From positions 5,578 to 69,577 of the forward strand of contig JAVBJD010000001.1 in the NCBI GenBank assembly GCA_030756715.1: a DNA stretch of 64,000 nt, read 5' to 3'. Origin of the DNA: Conexivisphaerales archaeon (lineage in GTDB: Archaea; Thermoproteota; Nitrososphaeria; Conexivisphaerales; UBA164). Positions within the stretch are counted from its first letter, which is position 1. Every line of letters starts with the position of its first letter. The translations under genes and the position numbers were made by a program. A model generated the notes under the pieces. That model ran no database searches, was not told the DNA's origin, and saw only the letters and a program-made list of their open reading frames with translations. Below are positions 46,751 through 55,157 of the stretch, piece after piece.

Positions 46751-47869
46751 ATGGCTAAACGAAGATATGCTGTGAGCTATAATAGATTAATAGATGTAGT
46801 ATCTCAGTATGAACCAAAAGACGATATAGATTGGATATTGGGGAGGATAACCAATTCAAAACGGGTAATAATTTTTGGGACTGGAAGATCGGGAGATATA
46901 GCTGATGCTTTTGCAAAGTTTTTAAGAAACATAGGCATAGATCAGACGTTCGGCCCAAATGATGTACCGTACGTATTTGGACCTTGCGATTTATTGATAG
47001 CTATTTCAGGAAGCGGGTCGACGCAATATACTCTAGAAGTTGCTAGAGTAGCGAAAGAGGGCGGTTCTTTCATAATTTCATTAACCAGTGACTCAAACAG
47101 CCCTCTTGCGCTTATTTCAAACAAAATTATCTTGATACCGGGAGCTAGAAAATGGAAAGATTCTGATTATTTTATAAACAATCTTTTAGGAACACCCACG
47201 GCACCTCTAACCCCTCTGGGCACTCTTTTTGAACTTAGAGCTCTTTTATTTCTTCTTTCTCTCGTCTCATACATTAGGGGGGAAGAGCTGACCGAATCAT
47301 ACAGGAAACTTATAGCTATAATAAAAGAGTTTGAACCGCCTTCGGAATATTATGAAAAACTTTATGAAATTTTACCAAAAGCTTCAGCATATGCTAAACA
47401 AAAGACAACTGTTCTCGGTGAAGGATTGAGTGGCATAGTTGGCAGGTTCTTTTCTACAAGGCTTAGACACCTTTCAAAAGGAAATACAGAAAGACTGGTT
47501 AACTTTTGGCTTGATAAAGGAAGTGTTGCCGTAAGACGCGATGATTTGGTGCTTATAATTTCAGGATCTGCATCAGAGTTTTTTGCTACACTAGCTGAAA
47601 AAGCCAGAACAAAAGGCGCAAAGGTAGCTACAGTTACGTCTTTCCAAGATTCAAAACTTGCAAAGGTTTCGGATCTTACATTAGTTATACCTGGTAGACA
47701 GATCTTTAAGTTAAAAGGTCTCAGAAGCAGCTACTTTCCTCAAGACCCGAAATATTCAGCTTTTGAGCTAAGAACTTTGTTTTTCTTAGAAAGCTTTATT
47801 CATTACGTAGCAGAAAAAGAGAACATAAGCGAAACAGATATAAAAATGATGCATTCGGATTTTACATAG
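46751..47869 (+). CDS. Tandem SIS-domain sugar-phosphate isomerase-like protein
   Basis: Two SIS repeats: VIIFGTGRSGD...AISGSGST and VLGEGLSG...IISGSASE. Confidence 0.65.
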   Translation: MAKRRYAVSYNRLIDVVSQYEPKDDIDWILGRITNSKRVIIFGTGRSGDIADAFAKFLRNIGIDQTFGPNDVPYVFGPCDLLIAISGSGSTQYTLEVARVAKEGGSFIISLTSDSNSPLALISNKIILIPGARKWKDSDYFINNLLGTPTAPLTPLGTLFELRALLFLLSLVSYIRGEELTESYRKLIAIIKEFEPPSEYYEKLYEILPKASAYAKQKTTVLGEGLSGIVGRFFSTRLRHLSKGNTERLVNFWLDKGSVAVRRDDLVLIISGSASEFFATLAEKARTKGAKVATVTSFQDSKLAKVSDLTLVIPGRQIFKLKGLRSSYFPQDPKYSAFELRTLFFLESFIHYVAEKENISETDIKMMHSDFT

Positions 47870-47976
47870 GCGACTCGAAGCCTAAGTTTTATTCATTGGG
47901 ACGCACGCGCTAATAATTTAAAAAATTACAGCAGTTATAATCTTGTAAGTTTGGGTTTTTATAAAAATTTTAGCGC

Positions 47977-49569
47977 TTATACAAGAGGCCCTTTAAGCTT
48001 AAGATTTATACTTTTGTAGCTTCTCAAGAAACTCAACCTGTTTTCATAAAACTCCCTGATGTTTTCAACATCATAAATTAGCATGGCAAGCCTTTCTAGA
48101 CCCATACCCCAGGCTAAAACAGGGCCATCGTACCCTAAAGGTTTTGTGACTTCAGGCCTGAAAATTCCCATGCCACAAAGTTCAATCCAATCGTTAAGCT
48201 TTTCAGAATAAATCATGGACTGCATAGAGGGTTCGGTATAAGGAAAGAATGTAGGCCAGAACTTTACTTTTTCAAAACCAAGCTTTTTATAGAAAGCCGT
48301 AAGGAACCCCATAAGCCTTCTTATGCTTGCTCCTTCTTCAATAACTATAGCGTCAAGCTGATGAAGCTCAACTAGGTGCTTAAAATCTGGCTTTTCATTT
48401 CTAAAAACTCTTCCTACTGTAAATATTCTGCCACTCATACCTCTGTAAATAGCTTCTGAAGTGATTGTAGTTGTATGAGTTCTCAGCAAAGCTTTCCAAG
48501 CTGCTTTTTGATCCCAGACATACCCCCACCCTGTTGAACCTGTGATCCAGCCGTTTTCATGGACGCTCTTAACTTTATTTACAATGTCGGTGTCCTTCTC
48601 CTCTATCGTAATATCTTTTAAATAAAAAGTATCATGCATATCCCTAGCTGGATGATCTTGGGGAGTAAAAAGGACGTCAAAGTTCCAGAAAGAAGACCTT
48701 ATAACGGGACCTTCGATCTCCGTAAAACCAAGGCTTTCCATTATTTCTTTTATAAGGCTTATAAGTTCAGATAAAGGGTGAATCCTTGCAGGAAATGCTG
48801 CAGGTACCGGCTGTGAAAGATCTATTTCAGAAAATTTTAATTCCTGCCACTTACCGCTGGCCAAAATGCCTGAAGTTAATAGCGTAATTTCTTCGCTTTC
48901 AAGAATTTTGGGGTCTATCTTTGCGCCTTCAGCTACTTTAACCTTAGTTTCCTTTACTATTGATAACCTAACGAACCTTGGCCTTTTTTTAAGTTCTTCT
49001 AGTTCTGCTATCTCTTCGCTGTTTAAATCTTCTATACAAATGGGTCCACTGGAGATTTTTTCCAAAATCTTGTATACGTCTGTCGTATTTAATTGCTTAT
49101 CTGAGACTGGAAATATCAGATTCTGGGAAATTTTTACCAGACCCTTTTTAATTGCGATTCCAAGTGCAACTCCAGCTTCATTGCCAAGAAGTCTTTTTGC
49201 TTCGCTAATGTCAAGCTTCCCTTTTTTTACGGCTTCGTTTACTAACTTTATTTCTGGTGCTCCTTCTGCAATAGCTTTTTTCCCATTTTCGTCAAGTTCT
49301 ACGATTTGTTTTTCGTCCACTTTGACCTCAACGAGCTTTTTTTCCTTAAGCCACTCTACGACCCTTCTTGCCTGATCCATTGAGAGGCCAGCGTCCTGAG
49401 CTATTTCTTCTAACTTGCTTTCCCCTAGTTTTAATAACGATTTAAGAAACTTTTTTTCCAGCGGATGTAAAGCTACTTGCCCCATCTTTCTAAGATCTTT
49501 TACTGCATCAATATAAAGGTTAGGTTTTATCCTCACAGAAACGTTATTAATATTTGGCCCATAATACAT
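47977..49569 (-). CDS. pheS: Phenylalanyl-tRNA synthetase alpha subunit
   Basis: N-terminal wH repeats and a class II core (HPARDMHDTFY, FRNEKPD, GMGLERLAML). The true start may be ATG 49485 (MGQVALHPLEKK). Confidence 0.9.
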   Translation of the reverse strand: MYYGPNINNVSVRIKPNLYIDAVKDLRKMGQVALHPLEKKFLKSLLKLGESKLEEIAQDAGLSMDQARRVVEWLKEKKLVEVKVDEKQIVELDENGKKAIAEGAPEIKLVNEAVKKGKLDISEAKRLLGNEAGVALGIAIKKGLVKISQNLIFPVSDKQLNTTDVYKILEKISSGPICIEDLNSEEIAELEELKKRPRFVRLSIVKETKVKVAEGAKIDPKILESEEITLLTSGILASGKWQELKFSEIDLSQPVPAAFPARIHPLSELISLIKEIMESLGFTEIEGPVIRSSFWNFDVLFTPQDHPARDMHDTFYLKDITIEEKDTDIVNKVKSVHENGWITGSTGWGYVWDQKAAWKALLRTHTTTITSEAIYRGMSGRIFTVGRVFRNEKPDFKHLVELHQLDAIVIEEGASIRRLMGFLTAFYKKLGFEKVKFWPTFFPYTEPSMQSMIYSEKLNDWIELCGMGIFRPEVTKPLGYDGPVLAWGMGLERLAMLIYDVENIREFYENRLSFLRSYKSINLKLKGPLV

Positions 49570-49834
49570 TGGTCATATGTTGAAAAAATCGCATAATTTT
49601 CTGGTTTTGAAAATCATGAGTTTACTTACTGTCCCCTATCCTCCTTTTAAGGCGAAGTTCCCGGGGTCTCGAGGGTTACTCTCCTTTGACAGGAGCTACT
49701 GCGTTATGCAAAACGATGTATGAAGACCAGGCTTCATTTTTCCTGTTTATCAGCTGCTGGACGTTCGCTGAACCTAACAGATTTTTGTATTTTTCGTATA
49801 TCATTCTGGCTGTCCTTTCAAAGTCTATTTTCTT

Positions 49835-50065
49835 ACCAGAAAAGAACTGTTCTATACTCATGTAGTTCAGCTCGTTGAAAGCTTCCGCGAAGGCATCCCC
49901 GAGCTTTTTTGGCTTGTGCCCCGTGCTTCCTTATGGTAAAAGGCGCACTTTGTTAGTCCTTCTGTTGATGGACTTTACTTTAATAACCTGTTTTTCGGTG
50001 ACAGCCGGTATAGCCTGAGAAGTCGGCTCAGGCGCACCACCAATACCAATTAACCGGCCGTCCCC
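49835..50065 (-). ncRNA. GC-rich structured RNA of unresolved class (SRP-Alu-like 5' part)
   Basis: GC-rich island in an AT-rich genome. 9 bp helix 50062-50054/50008-50000 with a strand-diagnostic G-U. Hairpins at 50033-50027/50019-50013, 49974-49970/49959-49955, 49948-49945/49926-49923 and 49905-49900/49874-49869. The TTATAA box is centred about 27 nt upstream. The 3' end is uncertain. Confidence 0.45.
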
Positions 50066-50089
50066 ATGAAAAAGAGAACTCAAAAGCAC

Positions 50090-50095
50090 TTATAA
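50090..50095 (-). promoter_or_regulatory. TATA box candidate for the GC-rich RNA
   Basis: TTATAA centred about 27 nt upstream of the first G of GGGGACGGCCGG (50065), which is the archaeal TATA-to-start spacing. Confidence 0.4.
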
Positions 50096-50364
50096 CACTT
50101 GACGAGCTTTATCCCGTCTTAAAAAATGCGAGGTTTTCACTAACTGTAAATTCCTTATTCAAAAAATGTAAAAGATTTTACAGATAAAATTACTTAAAGA
50201 ATTTTAAGATTAACTCTTAGAGAGGGGGTTTATCCTTCTCGTGATTTATGTGTGCTTTAAAAAATTAACAGTAACAGGATAATGTTTTTGCTAGATTTCC
50301 ATAATAATATACGATATAAATTCATTTTTAATAAGCGCACTTAACATCTCAAAACACCAAAAAT

Positions 50365-51483
50365 TTATACAGGTCTTTTTAAAACCAAAGAATCGCCATT
50401 CTTCAGCAAAGCTTTTGCTTCGTTCATGGCAGCACTCCTTTTAGCTTGATGATCTTCTATAAAATTGCTTACGAGCCCGTATGCTTCGTTTTTGCATCCT
50501 CCGCACATCCTTACACCTTTTTTGCACTCTTTATAGACGTTTTTTATTTGCATGTCGTCCTTTGCAAAGTAAATATAAAGGTCGAAGACGGGGCATTTTT
50601 CGGGTTCCCCGCCGAGTTCCTTTTGTTCTTTAATCGTTGCACGCCCTCCAGTAAAAGCATTCATTATTTTTTGTTTTAGTTCTTCTTTTTTATCAGAAAG
50701 CGTTATCATAGATTGAGGTGTTCTCTTAGACATCTTGTCGTCTCCTGTCAGAGATCTAACAAGTTTATGGTATATCGCCGAAGGCGGTATAAGTTGTAGA
50801 TCTTCTTTGTGTTTAGCAGCAAGATCTCTGGCAAGCCTCAAATGCGGATCCTGATCCGCACCTACAGGAACAAGAACCGGCTTGGGTCCGTTAAAGGGTT
50901 TAGTTTCCGGTAAAAATATGTCACCTGCTTGGACCAGAGCTGCGAAATAGAGGGAAATTTTCCTTTCGCCGTATATGTCAACTAACATGTTAAAGGTTAC
51001 ATCATCAGAAAATATAAAAGCAAGATCAGAAACGGCAAGCGCTGAAGATTGTTTGTATGTAACCGCCCTTTCTGGATCCATTCCCAGAGCTATCATATCC
51101 GCAACGTTGTATATGGCAATTTCATCGCTCTTATCCAAGCTCTGCCCGTTATCAACATAAGCTTCTAGATCTGCTATTGAATAAAAGAGGAACGCATTTG
51201 AGTACTTTTTTTGAAAATATATCATCTGCTCAGCGGTTATCATACTTCCAATGTGAAATATTCCGCTTGGTTTTATACCTGAAAGTATTGCTACTACTTT
51301 TCCGGATTTAGCTTCAGAAAGAAATTTGTCCAGATCTCTGTGCCCAACCAACATGCCTCTTCTATAATATTTATTATCGTTGAGGTCTTCGAAAGTCTCA
51401 TCTAAGGGCGTTATCCCAAATTCTTGAATTAACTTAGAGTAGTCCTTTATACCAAAATCTCCCCATGGGTTTAATGTACTCAA
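50365..51483 (-). CDS. trpS: Tryptophanyl-tRNA synthetase with a C-terminal four-Cys motif
   Basis: Class I motifs (GIFHIGS in the HIGH position, KMSKR as KMSKS). C-x22-C-x6-C-x2-C at 50494-50595. Confidence 0.9.
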   Translation of the reverse strand: MSTLNPWGDFGIKDYSKLIQEFGITPLDETFEDLNDNKYYRRGMLVGHRDLDKFLSEAKSGKVVAILSGIKPSGIFHIGSMITAEQMIYFQKKYSNAFLFYSIADLEAYVDNGQSLDKSDEIAIYNVADMIALGMDPERAVTYKQSSALAVSDLAFIFSDDVTFNMLVDIYGERKISLYFAALVQAGDIFLPETKPFNGPKPVLVPVGADQDPHLRLARDLAAKHKEDLQLIPPSAIYHKLVRSLTGDDKMSKRTPQSMITLSDKKEELKQKIMNAFTGGRATIKEQKELGGEPEKCPVFDLYIYFAKDDMQIKNVYKECKKGVRMCGGCKNEAYGLVSNFIEDHQAKRSAAMNEAKALLKNGDSLVLKRPV

Positions 51484-51577
51484 GTCTAATACTAATTAAA
51501 TAAAATAATGATAACCTTTTCTTAAAAGTTCAAAGCGTTGCAGTTTTTATATTTATAGTGTTTTAAATTTAAACAAA

Positions 51578-51636
51578 AATCAGTCGCGGGCTTTCTCTTC
51601 ATAGAAACCTCAGAGCTCAGCCTAGATCATCATTGC
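51578..51636 (-). ncRNA. C/D box sRNA candidate
   Basis: Minus strand reads AAUGAUGA (51634-51627), 13 nt UCUAGGCUGAGCU, CUGA (51613-51610), GGUUUCU, AUGAAGA (51602-51596), 12 nt GAAAGCCCGCGA, CUGA (51583-51580), then UUUUU. Lies 20 nt downstream of the glyA stop. Confidence 0.7.
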
Positions 51637-51655
51637 TGTTACCTTACATTGCTTT

Positions 51656-52987
51656 TTATTTTAACCTTATTTTAATATATTCGTATGCATCTCTTTTACT
51701 TTCAAACGCGTACTTTACCTTTAGAAAACGCGCTTTGAGCTCTTTTACCTTTTTCTTGATGGAATCTTTATCTTCCTTCTTTATTAAAGCTCCATAAAGT
51801 AAATCCGCTATTTCTTCCATTTCTGAAGGTCCCATTCCCAATCTTGTGATTTCTTGAACGCCTATCCTTATCCCGCTTGGGTTTTTAAAGTGCTTACCGG
51901 ATTTAATGTCGCCCGGAATCAGATTCCTGTTAACTATTATGTTAGCCTCCTCTAGCTCTTTTTCAACCACACCTCCACCTCCTAAGTCCCATACGTCTAT
52001 AACAACCTGATGCGATTTTGTATATCCGTTCTTCTCGCCTAATACTTTGAAGCCTTTATCTGAAAGCGCGTTAGCTAATTTTTGTGCGTTCCTAATAATG
52101 TCTTTTGCGTACTGCCTACCAAAAGCCAGCATTTCAGCAAAAGCTACAGCTTTTCCAGCTACGTGATGAAGATGATGGTTTGAAACGTTGCTAGGAAACA
52201 CGGCACTCTTTAGTTTTTCTGCATATTTATCAAAGCTCACTATAACCCCTCCCTGAGGCCCAGGGAGAGTTTTGTGAGTGCTGCCTGTCATAACGTCTGC
52301 GCCTTCTTCTAAAGGCTTCTGAAATTCTCCTCCAGCTATAAGCCCTAAAACGTGAGCCCCGTCGTACATTATTGATATGTTTTCGGCCTTTAAGTAAGGC
52401 GCAAGTTCTTTTAATGGATGAGGGAACAAGAAAAGCGATCCTCCAAAAACTACCATTCTTGGCTTTTTACCATCTTTTTTCATTTTTTCAACCATGATCT
52501 TTGTCTTATCTACGTCTATGTTCATCTCTTCTGAATCAAAAGGAAAGTTTTCGACGTTTAGCCCTCTTACAGCTCCAGCAGTGCCGCCTAGCTCCTTTTT
52601 ACCGTAAGTTATATGTCCCCCGTTAGGAATTGCCAGAGATATTATAGTATCTCCTGGTTCAGTAAACGCTGTATAAACCGAAAGGTTTGCGGTAACGCCT
52701 GCTATAGGCCTGACATCTACGTGTTCTGCATCGAAAAGTTTTTTTCCAAGCTCAATCGCTGTAAGCTCAACCTGATCTATATATTTGCAACCAGCATAAA
52801 CTCTATCCCCTGGCCAGCCCTCTGCATATCTTGACATAAAATCAGTTATTATAGCCTCTTTAACAGCTTCGCTCAGAACGTTTTCTGACGCTATAAGCGT
52901 TAACGCTTCAGAAAACCATCTATGATGCTCTTCTAGCAGATTAAATACTTCATCGTATTTATTCTTCGCAAATTCGTATTCATCCAT
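51656..52987 (-). CDS. glyA: Serine hydroxymethyltransferase
   Basis: LIASEN and the PLP-lysine context TGSTHKTLPGPQGG. Confidence 0.9.
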   Translation of the reverse strand: MDEYEFAKNKYDEVFNLLEEHHRWFSEALTLIASENVLSEAVKEAIITDFMSRYAEGWPGDRVYAGCKYIDQVELTAIELGKKLFDAEHVDVRPIAGVTANLSVYTAFTEPGDTIISLAIPNGGHITYGKKELGGTAGAVRGLNVENFPFDSEEMNIDVDKTKIMVEKMKKDGKKPRMVVFGGSLFLFPHPLKELAPYLKAENISIMYDGAHVLGLIAGGEFQKPLEEGADVMTGSTHKTLPGPQGGVIVSFDKYAEKLKSAVFPSNVSNHHLHHVAGKAVAFAEMLAFGRQYAKDIIRNAQKLANALSDKGFKVLGEKNGYTKSHQVVIDVWDLGGGGVVEKELEEANIIVNRNLIPGDIKSGKHFKNPSGIRIGVQEITRLGMGPSEMEEIADLLYGALIKKEDKDSIKKKVKELKARFLKVKYAFESKRDAYEYIKIRLK

Positions 52988-52999
52988 ATAACCACATAC

Positions 53000-53584
53000 T
53001 TAGATTTTCTCCCTTAAATAATTTTTACATACGAGGTAAAGCTCGCTACTTTCTTTTCTGCTAGCCTTAGGCTTTGTCAACTTTACAAAGCTGAACTCTC
53101 TTCTAGCCCTGTTTACTATATCATTTACCCCCTCGCCGTCAAAGAGCTTACAAACAAAATTTCCCCCTCTTCTGAGAGATGATTCCGCTATTTCTAAAGC
53201 CCTTTGAGCTAGCTGTATCTGTACGTACTGATCATGCTCCCAAACACCAGAAACGTTTGGAGCCAAGTCCGCCATTACCACGTCAAAACCACTCATGGTT
53301 ATTTTATCTTTTAGTATATCCATCTGCACAAATCTTACGTTTTCTGATTCAATCTTGAGAGGTCTTTTGTCTATCGCATATATTTCCCCTTCAGGACCAA
53401 CAGCTTTAGAAGCCATCTGTGACCATCCACCTGGAGAAGCACCTAGGTCAAGAATTCTTTGACCAGTTTTGAATATGCCATACTTTTTGTCTATCTCTTT
53501 TATTTTAAAGGCCGCCCTGCTAACGTAACCGGCCCTTTTTGCCATCTTTCTGTAATGATCTCTCTTTGCCTCTTCAGGTCTCAT
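53000..53584 (-). CDS. rlmE: 23S rRNA 2'-O-ribose methyltransferase RlmE/FtsJ
   Basis: YVSRAAFKIKEIDKKYGIF, LDLGASPGGWSQ, ADLAPNVSG and FVCKLFDGEG. Confidence 0.85.
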   Translation of the reverse strand: MRPEEAKRDHYRKMAKRAGYVSRAAFKIKEIDKKYGIFKTGQRILDLGASPGGWSQMASKAVGPEGEIYAIDKRPLKIESENVRFVQMDILKDKITMSGFDVVMADLAPNVSGVWEHDQYVQIQLAQRALEIAESSLRRGGNFVCKLFDGEGVNDIVNRARREFSFVKLTKPKASRKESSELYLVCKNYLREKI

Positions 53585-53966
53585 TTTTTCTCACCGACGT
53601 CAAATGCTGCTGGTACTCAGACATTACCCATCTTTCTAATTTTGTACATGTTCTGGGGGAAACCTCGCCTTCGTCATAACATTTTGAAAATAAGGGACAT
53701 GTAATACACGGAGCATCTGCTATGCTTTCAACGCTCAAAGGTATAAGAAGCGGTTTAATCCTGTAAGTCCACCTGCCATCTTCCAAAACTTTCTCTCTTC
53801 TGATTAACTTTCTCTTTTCTAATCTTGTGGCTATCCTTGATCCGTCCCTGCTGGTCAGGTTAAGTTTTTTCCATAGTTCGCTCTGCAATATTCCCTTGTC
53901 ACCGCTCTCGATAACTATCTTGTAAACAAGGCTTATAAGATCGTCTTCCTTGCTCTCTCTAGGCAT
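53574..53966 (-). CDS. Winged-helix protein with a C-terminal Cys cluster (TFE-beta / RPC34-like)
   Basis: The wH segment is GILQSELWKKLNLTSRDGSRIATRLEKRKLIRREKV. It is followed by CITCPLFSKC...C (C-x2-C-x5-C-x13-C). Confidence 0.45.
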   Translation of the reverse strand: MPRESKEDDLISLVYKIVIESGDKGILQSELWKKLNLTSRDGSRIATRLEKRKLIRREKVLEDGRWTYRIKPLLIPLSVESIADAPCITCPLFSKCYDEGEVSPRTCTKLERWVMSEYQQHLTSVRKNET

Positions 53967-54092
53967 CGTTTTGTAATTTTTAATTCGCCATTAAAAAACT
54001 CTTTCCTATTTTTAATAAACATAAGCTCAAATATTTTTACAGATTTTAACCCGTAAGAGTTATAAGAGATATAAAATTATATCTACACAATA

Positions 54093-55157
54093 ATGCCTAC
54101 TTTAGAGCTAGTTGACATCTGGAAGTCTTTTGGTAAAGTGCAAGTACTAAAAGGCGTGAACCTTCGAGTGGAGGAAGGCGAATTTGTTGTTCTTTTAGGT
54201 CCTTCAGGCTCAGGCAAAACCACGTTATTAAGAATAATAGCGGGTCTTGAAATTCAGGATAAAGGACACGTTAAAATAGGCGAAAAAATAGTTGATGATC
54301 TTACACCACGCGAAAGAAACGTTGCGATGGTTTTCCAAAATTACGCGTTGTACCCTCATAAAACTGTCTTTGAAAACATAGCTTTACCTTTGCAGACAAG
54401 AAAAATGAAAAAGGACGAAATTGAAAGCAAGGTTAAAGAAGTAGCTGGCTTACTAGAAATTGAAGGTTTACTTGATAGATACCCAAGACAGTTGAGCGGG
54501 GGACAGCAGCAAAGGGTAGCTCTTGCAAGAGCGCTTGTAAGAAGGCCTCAACTTTTCCTATTAGATGAGCCTTTGAGTAATCTTGATGCAAAGGTAAGGA
54601 TAACAACCAGAACATTCTTAAAAAAGCTTCAGAAAGATCTGAAAATAACTACAATATATGTTACACATGACCAGTCTGAAGCTATGGCTTTGGCTGATAG
54701 GATAGCAGTTATACACGAAGGCCTTGTTCAGCAATATGATAATCCGTTAAATCTTTATGAATATCCAGCTAACGAGTTCGTTGCAGGTTTTATAGGATCT
54801 CCACCTATAAACATGATTGCTGCAAGATCTGAAAAAGGAAAAATCAAATTGTTAAACGGAGAACTCAAAACATATGTAGACTTCGAAGGTGAGGTAAAAG
54901 TTGGTATAAGGCCCGAAAACATAAAGATCTCGGAAGACGGGCAGCTATCTGGTAAGGTGTTAGTGATTGAACCACTCGGTTCAGAAAGCATCATCACAAT
55001 AGTTGCAGATAGCCAAGAGATCAAGGTAAAAACATCGCCGGAAATAAAAGTAAAGATCGGAGAAGATGTAAAATTAAGAATCGATAAGTTTTTAGTTTTT
55101 AAAGAGGGAAAACTTGTTTATCCTACCCCTTCAGCCCTCCAACCCATAACCCCTTGA
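54093..55157 (+). CDS. ABC sugar transporter ATPase (MalK/UgpC type)
   Basis: GPSGSGKTT, LSGGQQQRVALARAL, LFLLDEPLSNLD and a C-terminal TOBE-like domain. Confidence 0.9.
   Translation: MPTLELVDIWKSFGKVQVLKGVNLRVEEGEFVVLLGPSGSGKTTLLRIIAGLEIQDKGHVKIGEKIVDDLTPRERNVAMVFQNYALYPHKTVFENIALPLQTRKMKKDEIESKVKEVAGLLEIEGLLDRYPRQLSGGQQQRVALARALVRRPQLFLLDEPLSNLDAKVRITTRTFLKKLQKDLKITTIYVTHDQSEAMALADRIAVIHEGLVQQYDNPLNLYEYPANEFVAGFIGSPPINMIAARSEKGKIKLLNGELKTYVDFEGEVKVGIRPENIKISEDGQLSGKVLVIEPLGSESIITIVADSQEIKVKTSPEIKVKIGEDVKLRIDKFLVFKEGKLVYPTPSALQPITP

Noticed and set aside
49955-49981. RNase P-like words in the GC-rich RNA (AAAGUCC ... ACAGAA-GGACU, resembling the two strands of P4)
   Set aside because: The two halves are separated by only 4 nt and simply form a local hairpin. 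None of the intervening catalytic or specificity-domain helices can exist, so RNase P RNA is not supported.
50221-50241. Plus-strand hairpin GAGAGGG-GGUUUAU-CCUUCUC in the trpS upstream spacer
   Set aside because: It is a single short hairpin with no flanking boxes or ORF, so I cannot distinguish it from chance. I note only that its G-U pair favours the plus strand.
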